Position numbers and translations under genes: made by a program. Of a stretch of DNA of 64,000 bases, positions 26,001 to 34,802 are shown in pieces. The DNA lies in the NCBI GenBank assembly GCA_024704765.1, contig JAKMXF010000310.1:372001-436000 (forward strand). Direction: 5' to 3'. The notes beneath the pieces are model-generated. The model was not told the DNA's origin. It worked only from the letters and a program-made list of their open reading frames with translations, and did no database searches. Numbering within the stretch: position 1 is the stretch's first letter; each line of letters begins with the position of its first letter. The DNA comes from Oopsacas minuta (taxonomy: Eukaryota > Animalia > Porifera).

Positions 26001-27523
26001 AATGCAGACTGGTTCGATGATACAGAAGTGTTTTACTACTACAAAATTCTTGTTTTCTTGTTTGTTTATACTATTAGCTACTTTTATGTATTTTCTAGTT
26101 TTATTCATTCGTATTTATGTTTGCATTGTTTTAATTTCCATATATTTCATCCAAGTATCAAATATCAAGTATTGAATCTCTTACTTCCATTTCGTGAATT
26201 CTATAAACTTCTGATTTTCTCAAATAATTACTGATCATTTTGAGTAGATGTAAAATTGAGGTGTAATCAGAACTAAGTTTCGTGTGATTGCTTATTCAAT
26301 CAGAGAAGTCATAAAACAGTAGGTAGTAATTCCGCCATGGGTAGTAATTCTACCCCATAACATTAATGGTTGTAAGTTATAGGTGAATATTAGCAGAAAT
26401 GTGTCATCCATGGTCACTACTATAACTCTAGAACCTGAGAACTTTATTATTCAATTTTTTAATATTTTGTATGGAAATATCCTTGGATCAATTGGTGTTA
26501 ATTCTAGATATTCCCGTTATAGCAAATCAAATGACGTCATTTCGACCTGAGACTCGTCTGATGACATAGCTTGTGTTACTATTAACTCCAAAATGCACCA
26601 ACTTTGTATTATCGTGAATATTATTATTTCCTATCAAATTCAATGAACTTAAGTAATCTATGATCCTTGAAATTATGGTCAGTGGTATGGCCTTATATGG
26701 GGTCACGTCGTTAGCCCAAATTCGTATGTATGCATTAGTCCAAATATCAAAATCGGTATTAGTCCAAATTTTTGGTGATGTTTGCGTTAGTTTACCTCTT
26801 TTGCATCGATATTCTTCAATCTTATATTCCATGAAATATAATCATGCCTTTATAGGAGGCCATTGACGGAAAGATGGTGACGGGGAAATTTCGTCGCGGA
26901 AAAATGGTCATGGAAATTTATGATTAGAAGATATGACTAAAAGAACGCCAACGCCACTATTTCCAATTAGAATTTGGAATCTTCACACAAGAATTAACAG
27001 TCGCGAGAGAAGATGAGCATTTCAGTTGACTATATGGATAACTATTGTAGTGTTTGATTGGATTCGAGTTGGATCTAGAGCAGGTTGTGACTAATACCGA
27101 TTTTGATATTTGGAAGAGCGCAAACATGTAAAATTGGACTAATGCATACATACGAATTTGGACTAATACATGCGCCCCCTTATATATCGAAGCTCACGAA
27201 TATGACAATAAATAAACCTATAGTACATTCATCCCTGGTTTAGTTCCTAAATACCTCAAAATCACAAAAACATCATAAAGTATACCTGTTTCTTCTCCAT
27301 GACTGAAAGCATGTCTGACTAAATTAGATCCTAAAGTTGTAGAGCTCTTGTTTATAGAGTCAAGAATCTGTTTGTTAGAATATTCCTCTATCAGGTTGGG
27401 AGGGTAAGGACGTTCAGCGACTAATCTGGATATATCAACTATACTATTAGTCTGAACAATAGAGAGAGCAGCTAACTCAGAGTCCCATTGTTCTAGCCGC
27501 TCTGAAACTGAAGTAATACTCAT
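11014..27523 (-). CDS. COG3: Conserved oligomeric Golgi complex subunit 3, 5 exons, 797 aa
   Basis: Exons 27523-27286, 19259-18135, 17825-17691, 12480-12280 and 11708-11014; all introns are GT..AG and phase 1; total 2394 nt. Motifs: [59 protein letters not shown]. Confidence 0.93.
12564..12858. mobile_element. Tourist-like (PIF/Harbinger) MITE
   Basis: Imperfect TIRs of about 36 bp (GGCCATTGTTA..TGTTTCAGCTCCAC and GTGGAGCTGAAACA..TAACAGTGGCC) flanked by TAA on both sides. Confidence 0.75.
13043..16654 (-). CDS. RPGRIP1L: RPGRIP1/RPGRIP1L (fantom) ciliary transition-zone protein, single exon, nested in COG3 intron 3
   Basis: 1203 aa. N-terminal [15 protein letters not shown], long coiled coils, C2-C2 domains ([35 protein letters not shown]; [17 protein letters not shown]) and a C-terminal C2 ([15 protein letters not shown]). 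Confidence 0.92.
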   Translation of the reverse strand: MATAPVRKRNIYKESQMISKLSRSDLEDKHLRLLQEFELVKKESLAQEDKCKHLFVQMNKLKTLQSKLAENPAQGKAGNPQLYNMIENLQSKVTELEIKNEKLENKLQLSKLQTQASSKRKLHNTSRMDKSSSEPAQYTSQQPHRYGHSLLEQARQDNQKLEEYVLYLKTEIKSVENTMATKDREHEQACRNYEQRIYCLKEELNKSHGLYEIVTSKENVDILRLKRDLLEKTNQLDTQKAEYSSLQNTLERMRGNHSNTLGELEYSNNKLREEMKHSTELLEKVRGITMKNLNMIELQHRIGEVSAENKVLKESNEDLMKNALDESHEEEINMLQNKLDKVELDYRADLLKMSESMEELQTERIEREKFQNELSELQTVYSKIKEEHQEMEGRLSFLKEQSITDWRDIEAAVAHIRSKKDQDPGEIEHLKTELLETKSSQAEVVLELDKTHKLLEIQHKISKAERDKIDNMSVRLEDVRAEYEHRISEYVQLLDFRAQKIRKLETKLRDIAYGTKKYRLRLDDGVESEEEGTPDEEVELQRGYNLLEIHLTQLSLHSEVLERLGRTEPHLFLSYDFFEYETEMTTVTKGFRPIFNFRSNFVIKVDDFFLDYVMKQTVPIEIYQTQGLEYELVAKGHLDLKSLLHDHGSSKIPCTAVATGAGDYHDVIQFGTLEYWLRIRLPVREAFHLYQDRTSAMLAIGEDTGEKMTFETEFVNELVIKVLSCEDLVSRRQGMIPSSYVMYKFYEYPDHDTDIIPSSSHPHWNDVRKFPVTMDRNLDQYLKIEYIEVYVFDDTDPDLKQYLGLAKLPLISLVSSSCMKGAYPLMNSSGGSVGTINMNLSWTKSYLPVSSGEIVVPADIPPPLEVQTDSDPERDSVQLVQSVESVESAVPYDRDIDSEIEEELMRHTITLSTANSIHNTNSHTSVVSALDTMSTQSNNIDVVSKQTRVEDNIPSPVISDHSDVLIDGLIAEMETDNSLSLPLESIASISLPATPPTEPDILNKEFNTLKSTMNVSMTIDSLSTFQPSAYFTILLHSLTAVSDINQGLVGNNLIYIDYEFLNYDIEELETPNSIPIPKPGDSVLFNFKKMFDFQSSPDSENKKKMLQGMLLDCSGSASSTASIKFTLVTDPQGDDQNCEELGCAYLDLMQVVNTEFNNISADLPVFRLSSPGSIIANLTVHLLEINMLREFADLAVSENIQYS
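16765..17392 (+). mobile_element. Helitron-like repeat copy
   Basis: Family core at 16800-16970; the 3' block ends aagtgttcgcaagcgaagaggctcgTAG|T. Confidence 0.65.
19700..20460 (-). pseudogene. Unidentified decayed gene fragment in COG3 intron 1
   Basis: Coding-like composition. Reads [31 protein letters not shown], then a GT..tctctctcAG intron, then [26 protein letters not shown], followed by Ser/Pro-rich frames broken by stops. Confidence 0.35.
20496..20956 (+). mobile_element. Helitron-like repeat, apparently full-length copy
   Basis: Starts A|TCTATATTATTAAATCTCAATTGTTG, then (TGTC/TGTT)n and the core; ends with the hairpin CGAGCC-aaa-GGCTCG; no TIR or TSD. Confidence 0.75.
21185..21415 (+). 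repeat. Second dispersed repeat family (Helitron/Helentron-like), copy 1
   Basis: Matches the reverse complement of 37250-37500 (aaaaaggtgtgaaatattcact..gcattagggcatctccctat.ggagctg); 3' hairpin CTCCC-tat-(A/G)GGAG. Confidence 0.55.
21958..22305 (+). CDS. GTF2A2: Transcription initiation factor IIA gamma subunit, single exon, antisense in COG3 intron 1
   Basis: [50 protein letters not shown]. Confidence 0.96.
   Translation: MSAYQHYRNTTLGNCLEEALEELIQSQNISSDLGIHVLMQFDRAMNHLLKDKVRNKFGFKGSLYAYRYCDNVWTYVLKDAEFKPSTKDGSDGVIQVSKVKFVACEALIQKSAGET
23846..26354. mobile_element. Non-autonomous element with perfect 96-bp TIRs, hosting a mariner
   Basis: 23846-23941 is the exact reverse complement of 26259-26354 and contains two GAATTACTACC subrepeats. 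No TSD found. Confidence 0.7.
24089..25401 (+). mobile_element. Mariner (DD34D) transposon with inactivated transposase
   Basis: TA-flanked TIRs of about 26 bp (CTAGGTTGTCCAAAAAGTTCGCGGAATT, one mismatch). Transposase from ATG 24273 with VTGDETW, HDNAPAH and [13 protein letters not shown]; frameshift near 25015 and a stop near 25265. Confidence 0.93.
26715..27180. mobile_element. Mutator-like non-autonomous remnant with internal inverted repeats
   Basis: CAAATTCGTATGTATGCATTAGTCCAAAT and ATCAAAATCGGTATTAGTC recur inverted at about 27090-27170. The right end CATGCGCCCCCT is identical to the end of 55737-56320. Confidence 0.55.
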
Positions 27524-27734
27524 ACTAATATTTAATCAAAACAATCATTAATTGTCAAATAAGATGATTTGGGTGGAGACCGTGGAGTGCGGAATATCTA
27601 ATTTGACTGTCCGTTGGTGTTCGCATAAACGAAGTTCCACTGTAGTTCAATATATCAATTAATATAATACGTTACTGCATGATAATATGATTCAACTTAA
27701 ATCGTTGAGAACGTTCTAACAATTATAGTACAAA

Positions 27735-29117
27735 TTAATTAATCTTAAAATTACTTATTAAACGGGTAACATTAGTCTCTAGCTTTTCTCGTTCATTATT
27801 GCAGTGCTCAGTAAAATTCTCTAAATAAGTGGTCAGTTTGCCCTTCTGCTCTCTAAAGCTTTTCCTGTAATCCTCCATTACTTCATTCAGAGAAGCTATA
27901 TCTAATTTAGCGTCGTCGATGTTCTCAATATTCCTCTCCAGCTCACTCTGTAACACTTCAGCCTCGTTAGGAAGTTTTGACATAGCTTCTCCATAAAAAT
28001 GCTGGTTAGTAGTGTTGATTAGACGTTCATGCTTCTCTTTCAGGTTGTCTATACGTTTAGTTATCAGTGCTCTTGACTGGAACACACTCTCCAGTTCTGT
28101 TTGATGTACTTCTTGCTGACGGATCAATGAAGCACATGTTTGATTCGCAAGCTCCGTGTCTTTCACAAGAAATTCAAGCTCTTTACTAAAGGTAAGTACA
28201 ACCTCAAATTCCTCAAGTATGCTATCATATGCCTCTAATTTCTTACAATGACTAATCTGAGCTTCAAGAGAATTCTGCTCTTCACATAAACTATCTAGTG
28301 TTCTCTTTGATGAGGTCCTCTGTTCCAGAAGTTTGTCAGGAGAAGAGACGATAAGTTTAGATTTCTTCTCAGTTTCATGCCGCTTGTCTAACAGATACAA
28401 TTTCGCTTGACTAATGCGGTCTTTAGAGTGAAGCACTATCTTTTCACTCTCTTGCATCTGAACGGTTGCTGCTGGGATAGAACCTATTACAAAATCTAAT
28501 TCAGAACAGATTGCAGTCATCTCTTCTCTCACTTTATCTTTAGCATTCTCTTCCATGTCTGCTTTGGCAAGATTCATCTCATAAGTCTCTAGAGAGTTAC
28601 TCACTTCCTGTTTGAGTAGACAAACCTCTGCACGAAGGGAATCCTCATCCCTTTTATCATCCATGGTCTTCGATTCCTCAAGAACAGAAAAGCGTAGAAA
28701 TTCAATAAATATTTTGAAGAACATAATAGTCCTAGATAGGTCAGGGGCAGCAATATCTTTAAAGAATAAGGTAGGGGCTGAGGCAAGACAAAACATCTCT
28801 CGTACAGCAAAGAAAAACCGCATATTATGATATGGACGAGCGAGATCTTTGGTAAATACTATATCAACAGGGAGAGTAGATCTGAGCACTGTTGGAGTAA
28901 TGAGATCTTCTGCACTGATCGGAGACGAACAGCGTAGGAAAAAATTGTAAATTTCAAATATTTTATTAGGATCACATGATAATAAATCTTCTGTAGAAAT
29001 AATAGGATGATCTATATTGAACAAGTCACTTAGAATCGGTAAGATTCCAATAATCCCATCTATATCCAATCTATCTTGTTTAGCTTTTTTACCCAACTTT
29101 TTAAGTTTTCCCGCCAT
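27735..29117 (-). CDS. NUF2: Kinetochore protein Nuf2, single exon
   Basis: 460 aa. The CH-domain end FFKDIAAPDLSRTIMFFKIFIEFLRF resembles Nuf2 (DIL.P...RT..FLS.IINF..F); IVSSPDKL motif and a long coiled coil. Confidence 0.8.
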   Translation of the reverse strand: MAGKLKKLGKKAKQDRLDIDGIIGILPILSDLFNIDHPIISTEDLLSCDPNKIFEIYNFFLRCSSPISAEDLITPTVLRSTLPVDIVFTKDLARPYHNMRFFFAVREMFCLASAPTLFFKDIAAPDLSRTIMFFKIFIEFLRFSVLEESKTMDDKRDEDSLRAEVCLLKQEVSNSLETYEMNLAKADMEENAKDKVREEMTAICSELDFVIGSIPAATVQMQESEKIVLHSKDRISQAKLYLLDKRHETEKKSKLIVSSPDKLLEQRTSSKRTLDSLCEEQNSLEAQISHCKKLEAYDSILEEFEVVLTFSKELEFLVKDTELANQTCASLIRQQEVHQTELESVFQSRALITKRIDNLKEKHERLINTTNQHFYGEAMSKLPNEAEVLQSELERNIENIDDAKLDIASLNEVMEDYRKSFREQKGKLTTYLENFTEHCNNEREKLETNVTRLISNFKIN

Positions 29118-30586
29118 GCAAAAGATGATTATAAATGCTAATTATTGGAAAATAATTAAGTAAATCAAATGACACAATTAACATTACTCGAGAATATCTA
29201 AATTTAAATTTAATATTAATCTCAATAAACTATAAATTAATATTAAATATAATTGGATAGTAAAACTTAAGTCATTTTCTTATCTGAAAGATGATGCCTC
29301 CTTACTTCCAAATATTTACTAGTAGCACAATATGATACTTTCAGTGTATACTTCCAAATTAGGGAATTATGACTAATAAGGGGAGTATGAGAAAAACTCT
29401 TTATAGAGAACTAAATCAATATCACTACAAAAATGCCATACATCATTCAAGCAATAGGTTCAGGTTAGTTAGATCATATATGATAATCAATATATGGCGT
29501 ATAAGCTAGAGATAAGATGAATTGGAAAACAGTAGTGTTGCATTAGGATGACTGTACTGGATGTATAGACAAATAGGAAGTACATTAAATAAGTTATACT
29601 GTACTAAAGGTCACATACTGAAACAAGAGCTGACCTGTTAGTATGATTAGTTCTGACAGTTGGTTAAGTATGGTTGTAGGAACCACTTTTTCTGTTAGAA
29701 TTCAGTTGTAATGAAATTGCTTTGGTATTGCATTTGCTAACACCAAAGCTATTTCAAAATATACATAGAATTTATTAATAGAATATTATACAGATGATAA
29801 GTATAATATTCTATTAATAAATTCTAGTCATATTTTCGCAATAGTGTGTTTAATTATAATTAATGGTTAAATCAAATAAATAATGATTGCTAATATCCTA
29901 CAGATGTCAGAATACTACATATGTTGAAAATACCAGGCAATCAAGAACATACTGAATTCTAATTAAAACAGGTTCAAATTAATAATTGCTTTTCTATATT
30001 TTTGGGAAATTTAAAGAATTGTAACATATTCAAAGATTGAAATATCTAACGGTATCATAAGTAGAAATTTGTATGAATTACTGAATGAATTATATGCACA
30101 AGACAACAATCTCACTAATAAAGCTAAGAATTATGGCGTCATGCTGAACTAAGATTAGAAAGTTTGAAGAAGAGTTCTCAAATACAGTTAACATCGAACC
30201 CACAGGGGATCATAATCTGTTCGAGTTAACAGATGCGATAAGTATTAAAAGTACAACGAAGGGAAGTGAACATTCGTTCGAGATAACGAATGTTGCTTAA
30301 ACTGCAATTTGACCGAAGTAGAAGAATTTTGAGAATTAATCTCATAAAGTTTTTGATAATTCGCATAAACTGATAAATTCTAATTAAACTAATCCCCAGG
30401 TATTGCTGATGAATGAACACAATATGTTTACCATTATTCGCTTGCAGCAGCAAATTTTCTGATAATTCAGGGATGTTTTAGCTCAAAGTACATCTAATCA
30501 CATAATATTGGAAACTTAGTCAATCGTGCAATCGCGGCCGGCTGTATTGAGTAGTAATATAGCCTCAAGAGCTAAAAGGATATAAA

Positions 30587-31050
30587 CACGGGTGGATTAT
30601 GGCATAGGCCAAATAGGCCATGGCCTAGGGCCCCGCGCATAATTAGATTTCCTGTAAAATTATTTAAACGAGGCTTGATATTTTTGGAGATAGACTCAAT
30701 TTCGTATCAAGCTACTAACACTACAGGAGAAAGATCCTTTTCTGTATTGAAAAGAGTGAAGAACGAACTTCGATCGACAATATGCGAAGACAAATTATGT
30801 AACCTGTCTTTGTTGTGCATTGAATCGGATTTGACGAAAAACATCGACTTTCAGGATGTAATTCATGACTTTGCAAAAATGAAATCAAGAAAAAGGTTAA
30901 TTTGACGGATATGTAATGATGCATTTATCTAATTACTAGTTTACTACATATTGACTGTATTTTCATACAATTGTATTTAGTCTTAGAGGAATATGTAGGG
31001 CCCACCAAAACGTATGGCCTAGGGCCCCGCAAAGTCTTAATCTGGCCCTG
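30587..31050 (+). mobile_element. Internally deleted hAT element retaining the C-terminal dimerisation domain
   Basis: ORF 30675-30905 reads TTGERSFSVLKRVKNELRST...LSLLCIE..DFAKMKSRK. Subterminal GGCCTAGGGCCCCGC occurs twice; right end TAATCTGGCCCTG; left TIR degenerate. Confidence 0.75.
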
Positions 31051-32835
31051 TATACAAAGTATTAACTTCTACCTACACTTTACAGACATCTCATTGATAA
31101 TTTTGAAACAATAATTACATAAATACTGAATAACTGGAACAATGTAAATATTTGCAACTGGTTCAAGCGAATTACTTAGTTAATCAGCAATTTGATGCTA
31201 AGGGCTTTATCAAGTTGTTATCCTACGAATATAATGTTGAATTGATTATACTTTAAAGATTACATAATACAGATTGAATTAATTTGGGTAAGTTGATAAC
31301 ACCTCCTATACATTATGCTGGTGAATATTGGTGGTGGATTCAAATATAATTGTACACCAAATTATTCAATAATAAAAAGCAAAACTAGCATTAGGTTGGA
31401 AGAGAAAGTTTGCAGAAATGATTTCTTATACTTCTAGACAATGCAAAATTTTAGGCAATATACTATACGAGTACGTGCATATCATATTCAAATACTGTTA
31501 TTACATTCAACCAGATGTACACAAGTTCAAATACCATTAAATATGTTTACAAATAATGAAAAAAGACAAAGGCGAGGAATGATAACATTTTGTTGCATAA
31601 ATGATAGTGTAGAATAAAGTCAACTGAAATTAATTTCTAAGGAATATTTTAATGAGTTTGAAAATTATCCTAGGCCAGGCAGGCAAGAGTTTAACCGCTA
31701 GCCCGTTACAGCAAGGTATTTCGACAATGAGTAAGGCTGACGCATACATTCATTTCAGGATTAGGAATCCCAAGCATTTGATATTGATCAAAAAGTTAAC
31801 AAATATGCAAATAATTATAAAAATCTAGAATTCAATATTTGTGATGTTTTTGGATGATTTTAATCAGATTATTTAAATCAAATAGTCAGTGGTGGCGGAG
31901 TATGAGACTCTGATGCATACTTGGCTTGAAATCCAATGAAAATATTCGATAATTCTCGCAATCTTCTGACAAAATAGTCAAAATAGTGAAAAATTCATAT
32001 TATTTACATATATAATTAGAAATCCAGGGAAAATTTCGAAAATCCTGGGATTTCGAGATAAATATCCAGGGAAATAGTTAGAGAGTGTTAGTAAGTATGC
32101 TAATGTGGGAAGTGGCTTTGCTAACGCAATGGCAGCACGTACAATCCCGGGGCTAGCTGTATTTTATATCTCAGACAATTATCATGATAATGATTATTGG
32201 AAGAAGTCAAGAATTTAGCTTTTTAATTAATAATAAGATATGCAGTAGGCAGATATCAACAGCATATGTATCGGCGGAAGAAACACTACCAATCATAAAG
32301 TACTTTACAAAATCCTGAGAAAACATTGATAAGAGGTTGATTACTTCAATCAGTAATGCTGACCTTCACAGAGATAATTGTTGCAACGTTAATCAACCTA
32401 ATAGGTTATGCGAGTATGTTTGTTACAGGAATTATTCTAAAAAGGAATATTATTAGTAATATGATTCTTAGCTGTGAGAATAAATTCAGAGTAAAATATC
32501 AATGAAAATACATAATTTCGTTGTTGGAAGTTGAAAGACAAATTAAAGCCAATTAAAAGAAATAATATTTATAGAATTCAGAATTTCCTGATTGAAAATA
32601 CATGAAAATTATTATAACTGAAATAGTTTATATTAGGGAATAAGTTGAAAGTAAAATTATTATAACTGAAATAGTTTATAAGTCTATGTTAGGAAATAAG
32701 GTTATATGATGAGTATATATAATTACACTGAAAGTAGTGAGTCAGTCAAATAGTTGGGAGTATAAATATCGTGAGTTTGAAACATAGTAAATAAACTCAG
32801 CAAGACTCAAACATAAGAAATCAAAACAAAACAAA

Positions 32836-33837
32836 ATGAGCTCCATTACAGAACTACTCACACAAGAAGTAAATCAGAAATGCGCAGATTGCTCGTCTCC
32901 AAACATTACTCATGTCTCTACAAAATTCGGGACATTAGTTTGCAGCGATTGTGCTAAAATACATAAAGATGTTATCAGCGATAAAGTCGAGTTACTCCCG
33001 TGTGATAAACTTCCAGAAGATGTAGAAATAAATGGAAACGTAGCGAATAATACATTTGAACAGCATCTCCCACAATTCTACGCCAAACCAAATCCCGAAA
33101 GCAAAAGCTGGGTGAAAGAGCATTTCATCAATAGCAAATACAATCGAGAAATATTCTCCTCGACTGAAACATTAAATAAAAGTAATATCGGAAAGGGTGT
33201 GAAAAGCGGACAAATGCACAAGAAGGGCAAAAGCAAAGAAGTCTGGAAACCACGTACATTTATCCTGAAGGATGGTACATTCAAATACTTCATCAATCAC
33301 AGTGACGAACATCCTAAATCCATAATGGAAGTGAAGGACATTGAAGTAAAATTTGAACTGATCGACCAATCCCTGGTACTTGCAATTACACAGAAAAACA
33401 AAAGTGACAGAACATACTATGTGTTGAGCTCAACAGCCCGTGAAACAGTAGAATGGTACTATTGCATTGCATCAGCTAAATACGGGAATAATTCAGATTC
33501 AGCCCACACAGAAACCAATACCATTTCTACTCACATGTATAAAACAGGTCCTAACTCACATGACAAGTGGAAGAGGAGATGGTTCTCTCTCAGTAATAAT
33601 TACATTACCTACTTTAAAGAAAAACTAGACTCTCATGCTAAAGGACATATCGAAATAGGCAATACATCAGAGGGATACAATCTGATAGAGGGACCTGCAA
33701 AGCATGGAAAGGAAACACCCACTGAGTACAGTTTTACTCTTATTACCCCAAATAGAGAGTTCAAATTGTGTGCAGAGACGAAGGAAGACCAACAAGCATG
33801 GATGAAAGCACTGAGACAAATAGTTTTAATTGAGTAA
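32836..33837 (+). CDS. ArfGAP with dual PH domains (ADAP/centaurin-alpha family), single exon
   Basis: CX2CX16CX2C zinc finger, EHFINSKY, PH1 KSGQMHKKGK..WKPRTFIL, PH2 MYKTGPNSHDKWKRRWFSL..EFKLCAETKEDQQAWM. Confidence 0.9.
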   Translation: MSSITELLTQEVNQKCADCSSPNITHVSTKFGTLVCSDCAKIHKDVISDKVELLPCDKLPEDVEINGNVANNTFEQHLPQFYAKPNPESKSWVKEHFINSKYNREIFSSTETLNKSNIGKGVKSGQMHKKGKSKEVWKPRTFILKDGTFKYFINHSDEHPKSIMEVKDIEVKFELIDQSLVLAITQKNKSDRTYYVLSSTARETVEWYYCIASAKYGNNSDSAHTETNTISTHMYKTGPNSHDKWKRRWFSLSNNYITYFKEKLDSHAKGHIEIGNTSEGYNLIEGPAKHGKETPTEYSFTLITPNREFKLCAETKEDQQAWMKALRQIVLIE

Positions 33838-34084
33838 CAAACTGTAACATTTCATTCAACTGCTAATCATTAATTTAGAAAATAAAATTGCTAAAAGCAT
33901 ATTTACAACTTAACAAATTTGGGCAATAATAAATATATTCAAATAAACATATTTTATTAAAATATATTTGTTGAATATTATGCAAATATCAGGAATTGTA
34001 TCTAAATCTGAGGTCTGATTGCTGATAGTAATAGTAAAAGTTATCTATAATGAATCACTGAATCAATTCAAAGTCTTCCCGAAA

Positions 34085-34338
34085 TCTATATTATTAAACC
34101 TCAATTGTTGTTTGTTTGTTTTCAAGGAAAGGATTTACGGTATGCAATTTTGAAATTGTCACATAACTATGTATTTATTGTGTTTATTAAGTAAATAGAA
34201 TTCAATAAAACTTCACTAAATATATCGAACATGCTGAATCCGATTTTCACACGCATGGATTGATCATATGTAAATTTATTGTTGTTTTTATGAATATAAA
34301 GTAAACAAATTTCAAATTGAGGTAGAATCATACTTTCA
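34085..34338 (+). mobile_element. Helitron-like repeat, 3'-truncated copy
   Basis: Starts A|TCTATATTATTAAA; nearly identical to 52482-52740. Confidence 0.7.
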
Positions 34339-34399
34339 CTTCCTGTGAGAGAAATGTTAGATGTCAGGTAAGTAACATTGTAACTGACACGCAGCTAAT

Positions 34400-34640
34400 A
34401 TGGAGATACGGATGCTCTGCTCATTTGTTAAATCTATTAGCACAAGTTGTACAAATTGCTGACGTAAAAGAGCAAGATAATCAGAGATAATAGAAATACA
34501 CATCTACCTGCAGCTAGATACGAAGTAATCTCTTGATATTCCGAAAGAAATAAGATGGAATACTTTGACGGACTGTTTGGATAGCTATATTTCTAACTGG
34601 CATATCCTTGTGCAGGTTTGTCTTAATTATCAATGGAAAT
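34400..34640 (+). mobile_element. hAT transposase fragment
   Basis: YGCSAHLLNLLA (CxxH motif), then frameshifted RNTHLPAARY and IPKEIRWNTLTDCLDSYISNW (RWN motif). Confidence 0.65.
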
Positions 34641-34802
34641 GTCAATCAAGTTGAGTCGACTGGAAATGAAACTACCGGACCGGCGGACAGAAGTAAAAAT
34701 GGTCGAATTAACTAAGAACAGAAATAGACTGAATTATCACCAAATGTTATTCTAAAAGAAAAATGGGAGAGAATAACCTGAGAGTACAATCATTATTAAT
34801 GA

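Noticed and set aside
29290-29760. Possible box C/D snoRNA or hairpin (GCTTTGGT..ACCAAAGC) upstream of NUF2
   Set aside because: No canonical RTGATGA/CTGA pair with a terminal stem; an 8-bp stem alone is expected by chance.
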